Source: Octopus vulgaris
Lineage: Eukaryota
Assembly: GCA_951406725.2 (NCBI GenBank)
Contig: OX597838.1
Coordinates: 42,222,001-42,286,000, forward strand
Length of the DNA: 64,000 nucleotides
Reading direction: 5' to 3'
Shown here: one piece after another, positions 57,404 to 64,000 of the stretch
Numbering within the stretch: the stretch's first letter is position 1
How the letters are laid out: each line of letters starts with the position of its first letter
Translations under genes and position numbers: made by a program
Notes under the pieces: generated by a model
What the model was told of the DNA's origin: nothing
Seen by the model: only the letters and a program-made list of their open reading frames with translations
Databases searched by the model: none

Positions 57404-58003
57404 AATAATAATAATAGTAATAATAATAATTCTTTATACTATTGGCACAAGGTCTGAAATTGTGGGGGAGGGGGCAGTGTATCAATGATTCTACCAGCTC
57501 ATCACCTTAAATAGTAATAGTAGTAGTAGTAGTAGCAGCAACAACATTGGTTGTCAAGCGGTGACAGGGGAACAAACAGACACAAATGCACACACACACA
57601 CATACACACACAATGGGCTTTTTTCAGTTTCCATCTACCAAATCCACTCCCAAGGCTTTGGTCAGCCCAAGGCTATCGTAGAAGACACTTGCCCAAGATG
57701 CCACACAGTGGGACTGAACCCGAAACCATGTGGTTGGTTAGCAAGCTTCTTACCACACAGCCACGTCTGCTTAAATACTTAAAATCTACCTTCAGACAAT
57801 ATGACAACCTGAAGTCGAGTTTTGCTGTTGTTCCTCATTTTATTGTTAACACCAAACTATTCTGAGCTCAGACTTACTTTTTACCTTCAGTACAAGTCAA
57901 ACAGGATTTACCAACTGACTTGACATTATCGGTCATTCTTTTTCTCTTTTCTAGGTCACTGTTTATAGGTATGTGGGAGTATATGTATATGCATTATGTA
58001 TTT

Positions 58004-59560
58004 ATAATAATAATAATAATGAAATCATTGTATACAGTGCTCAGGTGCACCACAACTTGTCAAAAGTGCGTATAAAGCATATGCATTAATGTACAAATGT
58101 CTGTAAAGCGAACAATGCATGAGTCAGATAGACGCTTGCATGTGTATGGAGGGGGAGAAGATCAGGTGTAGTGTTGGCGAATCTCAGGAAGCATGGAAGT
58201 TTTGAAGGATGCAGTGCTCCGACAACTAACAACTGATGCCGGCAGTTTGTTCCATGCTTCAGCAACTCTTAGCGTGAAAAAATGTTTCCGAAAGTCATGG
58301 GAGCTGTGCTGTTTTCTGACTTTGTAAACATGTCCACGGGTGTTAGACAGATGGAGTTTGAAAAGGTGCTCAGAGTTATTGTTTGTACGATGGTTAATAA
58401 TTTTATGGGTGTCTGTCAAGTCAGCTGCCAGACGTCGGAGTTTCAATGCATCCATGCCCAGAGAAGTAAGGCGTTCAGAATATGGCAAATGCCTGATGGA
58501 GGGTTGCACGTCGCTGAATGGTTTCCAAACGATTAATATCCTGGGCAAGATAGGGGTTCCAGACCGGTGATGCAAATTCCAGGTGAGGCTGAACCAAAGC
58601 TATAAAAAGCCTCAGATAGATAGCCGGAGAGCAGCTCACAAAGGACTTGGTGAGTGATGCCAAGACACCCTCAGCCTTCTTGGCAATTTTAGCGATGTGT
58701 TTTGTCCAACACAAATCGCTGTCGACAATAACACCCAGGTCACGTTCACACAAAGACTTTTTGAGATTAGTGTTGTGGATGGAGTAAGTAGACGCTAGAT
58801 TTTTCCTCCCAAAATGCATGGTGGTACATTTGTCCACAGCCAGCTTGAGTTGCCAGTCCATGATCCACTGCTGCATTGTGTCCAGGTCTGCTTGCAATAG
58901 AGATCTATAGTGTACAGGATCTGTCCTCTTTATTTCGAGGTACAGCTTGATGTCATCTGCATATTTCAGCACTGTGGCATTATCTAAATTGGCATCTATG
59001 TCATTTTCACATGCAACAAATAAAAGGGGTCCAAGAACAGATCCCCGTGGCACACCAGATGTCATCTCATAGGGTGAAGAGTGCTGTCCTAGAACTGTGA
59101 CAACCTCTTTTCGGCCGATAATGAAGGACTTCAACCTGTTACAGAGGTCATCTCTTACACCTATTGCAGAGTTTCACCATAAACCTTTTGTGTGGCACAG
59201 AATTAAAAGCCTTAGCAAAGTCCAGGTAAACAACATCCACCCAGGAGCCACCATCAGTGATTCGGGTAATGTCCTCAAGAAACTCGATGAGTTGATTACA
59301 GCAGCTGGAGTTAGGAATAAATCCAAATTGTGACAGCTGTATGAGGCTGTGAGACTTCCAGAAGTTCCAGAGGGTTTCCCTGACACAGGGTTCCATCAGT
59401 TTGGCAATGCAGCTAGTAAGACTGATGGGGTAATAGTTGACAGGCGATGTGCGGTCACCTTTTTTGAAGAGAGGGATAACACTGGCAGTTTTCCACTGCT
59501 CTGGAGTAACACCATTGTCAAGACAGAATTGAAAGAATAGTGAAAGTTGGTTTTGAAGAA
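58004..59560 (-). mobile_element. CR1-clade LINE, frameshifted RT region and 3' end
   Basis: PLFKKG, NY.PISLTS, YLDFAKAF, SGVPRGSVLGPLLF, KYADDIKL; same 3' end GTGCACCTGAGCACTGTA as 52755-53500. Confidence 0.95.
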
Positions 59561-59616
59561 AGTACCCACCACAGCATGTATGTGTATGTATGTCTGTATA
59601 GATGTATGCATGTCTG

Positions 59617-59647
<31 letters not shown>

Positions 59648-59728
59648 CTTTATTTAAAAGCAGCAGAAATATCACAAAAACTGTTACTCAGAGTTTCACA
59701 TTCCCGTTTGTTGGACAGTTTTTCTAAC

Positions 59729-59775
59729 AAAACTGTCTGATGAACAGGAACGTGAAACTCTGAGTAACAGCTTTT
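59729..59775 (+). ncRNA. canonical-core type I hammerhead ribozyme in fold-back element 59648-59803; predicted cleavage after A59766
   Basis: AAAACTGT-CTGATGA-AC(AGGAAC)GT-GAAA-CTCTGAG-TA-ACAG-C-TTTT; the minus-strand arm has a decayed core CCAACAA. Confidence 0.8.
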
Positions 59776-59872
59776 GTTATATTTCTGCTGCTTTTAAATA
59801 AAGCATATCGCTCTACCTCTGGTATTTGAGTACTCTTTTTTCCACCTTGTTTCACACTTATGTGCCTACTCT

Positions 59873-59949
<77 letters not shown>

Positions 59950-60057
59950 TTTCCTACTTACAAAAATCTGCGTTCTGTTGTGTCATTCTCTTTTAGTGCC
60001 TTATAATTTAACACACACACCGGTAAGATTTCCACTCATTTTCTTATTTATTTTTTT

Positions 60058-60094
60058 CTAAAATTTTCGTTGTGTCTTGCAACCTTTTTAATAG
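60058..60094 (-). ncRNA. degenerate U3-A8-type hammerhead-like motif
   Basis: CTA-TTAAAAA-G-GTTG(CAAGACA)CAAC-GAAA-AT-TT-TAG; G5 lost. Confidence 0.4.
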
Positions 60095-60205
60095 TTATTG
60101 ACTCTGTCCATTATTCAAGCTGCGTTCTTTTTGTTTGTGCGCATGTGTGTAGGCCAGTGTGTGCGCGCATACACATGTATGTATGTATGTATGTATGTAT
60201 GTATG

Positions 60206-60239
<34 letters not shown>

Positions 60240-60259
60240 TGCATGCATGCATGTACGTG

Positions 60260-60815
60260 TGTCAGGTCACTTTCGAGTGCTACTGGTAACATGTAACCCA
60301 GTACAACCTGTTGCATGGTCGGGTCGTCGGCGAATAAACCGGCAACCCCACCAAGCTTGCTTGGTGAGGAGGGTGTTTATTGGACACCCTGTGGGATGAA
60401 AAACAAAACCCGTCAAAGGGTGGAGGAACTCTTGAGAGTCAACAGCCATCCAATAAATGTCTTAAGGCTGTATCATGCGCGGGGACATAGAAATAATCGG
60501 ACTGAATACCCGATCGCGCAGTTAAACCATTGGGATTGAAGGACTCCTAGCCTTTGTTAGGGCATCCTTCTAGGAGAAGGTAACTCAGGTAACTGGAATA
60601 ACTCCGACATAAATCCTGCGGCTCAGTGGTTACCGATGATGTTGACTTGTTCTTCTTTTCGGATTATGGCTGCTGTTGCTTAGTGAGTGGGATTGACTCA
60701 GTGCACAGCCTTTCCTCACTTTAAAAAAAAATCTTCTTGCACAGGCATTGCACGATAACAACATTGATTAAGCTTCGTGCAATGGCCATACTCGATAACG
60801 AGGTGGCAGCCACCA
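60260..60815 (+). mobile_element. non-coding, hairpin-rich element resembling RTE-derived non-autonomous retroposons
   Basis: GC-richer island between (TATG)n tracts. Hairpins CACCAAGC-TT-GCTTGGTG, AGGGTGT..ACACCCT, CATTGCACGA..TCGTGCAATG. The RTE 5'-UTR resemblance is from memory only. Confidence 0.45.
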
Positions 60816-61248
60816 TGTAAGTGTGTGTATGCATGTATCTATGTGTGTGTGCATATGTATATATAAGTGTGTACGTTTGTGTGTATGTATTCTGCATATT
60901 CATGTGATTGTGTGCTTGTGAGTTTTTTTGTGTATGTGTGTGTGGGTTTGCATGTGCGTGTGTGTGTGTGTGTGTACCTCTGTCTCCTTGTGTGTTTATG
61001 TCTGAGTGTGTCTTTGTGTGTGTGTGTGTGGAGGGGGTTTGTGACTATGTACTGTCTATATGTATGGATGTGTATCTCTGGATGTGTAGACATGTGTCTC
61101 CATATGTGTCCTTGTGTGAAGTGTGTGTATATGGTCAGCCTTAATTTGTGTATGTGTGCTTGTCTGTTCATATAACCCAAGTATCTATCCATCTGTATGT
61201 CTATCTGTTTACTTTCATATCCATATGCCTACATACATGCATACACAC

Positions 61249-61316
<68 letters not shown>

Positions 61317-61392
61317 CTATCTGTGTAACAGCCCCCTAACCATTCTACCTGTATAAAATATAAACTGTGGGTATGAGGATGTGATATTCTAC

Positions 61393-62010
61393 TAAGTATA
61401 TTTCCTATTTAGTATTGGAGAAGTTTCATTTACAAGGACATACTCCTGTATTTGTCTGAGTGTTGGGACTTTGGGTGCTTGGATAAAATGCGGATGTGAA
61501 GTTGACCCAGGTTGCCTCCATGTTGGTCCCTGGCATGCTGGTAGAGTATGGAGGATTGTTTTTTGTCACAATATTGTCTCAGATGTTCATTTAGTCTTTC
61601 CACAATACTCCTAGATGTCTCCCCTATGTATGTCATGTTCATGTCTTTACAAGCACCTTCTATGCATCTTATGCTGTAGACTACATTTCCAAATCTACAG
61701 TTAATGCCAGGGTTAATCCTACATACCATATAGTTACCATTGGTGCATGTGGTATTCTCAATGGGGTACGTCCTACATAGTTGTGATCTGATGGAGTTCC
61801 CTGGCTTTTCAACAATCTTAATGTTGAGTTTGGTCTCCTTCAGAGCTTTCCGAAATCTATGGGCTAGTTCTCCATGGGCTGTGGCCTCTACAAACATCAT
61901 TCCTTGATATTTGTCGGTTTTATACCATGTGTTCACCCTGTTTACTTTGTCACAAGTTTTTTGTATCCTATTCCAGTCTTTGCTTCTATAACTAGGGCAG
62001 GTACCACTGG
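61393..62010 (-). mobile_element. Penelope-like element fragment: Cys-rich linker and GIY-YIG endonuclease (Naiad-like)
   Basis: FVEATAHGELA..KIVEKPG..C..C..C..NVVYSIRC..YIGETSRSIVERLNEH..H..H; after a frameshift near 61470, LRQIQEYVLV..PILNRK. Confidence 0.85.
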
Positions 62011-62236
62011 TGTCGTTGCATATAATGTTATTAGATAGCAAGGACAGGAAGAGTTTTATTGTCGCCACGTAGACACATGGTTTCCCTACATTATATAAGG
62101 AGGGGTAGGAGCAACAGAAGTTGTTGTAATTGGAAAGATAAATAAAAATGGTGGTGACAAAGTATTAAAGGAAACCTTCAACAGACAAGGAGATGACTAG
62201 AAGAGAATTTAGAGACAGAAGTTGTTGATCGTTGTG

Positions 62237-62468
62237 TTTGACCCTTTAGCATTCAGATTGCTTCATCAAATGTAATGCTTATTTATTCACATTGTTTTCA
62301 ACTAAAACCCTGCATCATCTTATAGCTTTGAGATTTTGATGATGTGATCAGTAGTAATTAGAATCACATTGTAAGGTAGGTGAGAGAACTTGGATCTGGC
62401 CAGTTTGGACATAAAACACGTAGAATATTTTGGCTGGATATGGCCAGTTTAAATGTTAAAAGGTCAAC
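62237..62468. mobile_element. piggyBac-like MITE (second family); another MITE with internal duplication at 62878-63271
   Basis: TTGACCCTTTAGCATT / AATGTTAAAAGGTCAA inverted ends. Confidence 0.6.
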
Positions 62469-63365
62469 ACAAAGAGTAGGGTCTACATCATTATCATCAT
62501 CATCATGGTCGTTTAACATCCGTTTTCCATGCTGGCATGGGTTAGATGGTTCAACTGGGGTCTGGGAAGCCAGGAGCCTGCACCAGGCTCCAATCTGATC
62601 TGGCAGTGTTTCTACAGCTGGATGCCCTTCCTAATGCCAACCACTCTGAGGGTCTACCTATGTTGCAATTATTATCCTATCAATAAGATCAACCAAGTAA
62701 GCAATGTTCAGAGCCATCCTAAGTAGACCAGAGTCTCAACCAGAAAATATTATTAAAGCTGAGGAATGACAAGATTCTATAAAATTAGTGGCACGACTGA
62801 GATCTTTATTCTCTGCATTCTTCCTGAGGACACCAAAGATTTCACCAAAGATAACAATACCAAGTTTTTTTTATAGACTTTAACAATTTTGTTACCATAT
62901 TTCTCTTGAAATATGCTGCCACAATTTCAATTAATCATGAAAATAATGAAGAATTAAGTAAAATCATTTTGTCATTATTAATCTGTTTCTTGGAACATAA
63001 ATTAACCTGAAATTTTGATGAGAGGTTTTAATTAAGATCATTTTAACTCTTTTGTGATCACATTTTTATTGGAATACAGTAATCCTGTTTCAATTAATTT
63101 AGAAGATAACGAAGAACTTAGTCAATCAATTTTGTCTTCATTAATCTGGTGTTTGCGACATAAATTAACTTGGAATTTTGATGGGAGGTTTTAATTTAGA
63201 CGACTTAAAAACAAGAAGTTTGTCTCAGAGAACCAGGAGCATTCTAAGGGTGTTTGGCATCAAAAGGGTTATGGTGGCATTTGGTGGAGTCTGGCATGAT
63301 GGCTTTATCAGCCATAATGAAGAAATTCACCATGGGACAGAAGTGGACACATGCAGACTGGCATC

Positions 63366-63404
<39 letters not shown>

Positions 63405-63559
63405 TGTGTGTGTGAAAGCGATGATCTTGTGATCCTCATTATTTGAATAAATAATGAAATAATGAAATTTAAAATGGCCTCATTGAGCTCAGTTAAAATT
63501 AAATTCTCAACAAAAGAATAGATTGAATGAATAAAAATGAAACAATGTTGTACAAATAT

Positions 63560-63615
<56 letters not shown>

Positions 63616-63693
63616 ATACATACATATATACAGATATATATATATGTATATATGTATATATATATACACACATACATACATACATATATACAG

Positions 63694-63726
<33 letters not shown>

Positions 63727-63808
63727 CAAATACATATATATATGCATGTGTGTGCATGTGTATCTAACTATCTATCTGTCTGTCTGTCTATCCATACCTG
63801 TCTATTTA

Positions 63809-63855
<47 letters not shown>

Positions 63856-64000
63856 TATCTATCTGTCTGTCTGTCTGTATGTATGTATGTATGAATGTAT
63901 TATTAAAACTGCTCATTATAGAAATCTATTTAACTGTCTGTGAATCACATAAAAGGTTTCCAAAACAAATTCACTTTTGTATTCAAAACAAAAAAGGTGA

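Overview
Animal genomic DNA, very likely an octopus. This is inferred from the tRNA-derived SINE families, RTE LINEs with (GAT)n tails and the extreme TA/CA microsatellite load. One host gene can be reconstructed by hand: TMEM19 on the minus strand, six coding exons 36602->24414, all introns GT-AG and phase 1, 1020 nt CDS = 339 aa. The rest is mostly repeat: RTE, CR1, R4/Dong and L1/Tx1-like LINE fragments, two Penelope-like GIY-YIG remnants, mariner/Tc1, hAT, piggyBac and Helitron non-autonomous elements, SINEs and a ~4 kb compound microsatellite. The signal the ORF track does not explain is a set of about ten loci, from several unrelated sequence families, that carry minimal type I hammerhead ribozyme motifs with short palindromic helix III. 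Most sit in head-to-head inverted repeats or partial tandems of ~300-360 nt. The best example (29201-29998) is two inverted, circularly permuted copies of a 361-nt structured monomer whose hammerhead has the compensatory U3-A8 core. This looks like a retrozyme / Penelope-mobilised circular-RNA system. All coordinates and folds were read by eye; no searches or folding programs were run.
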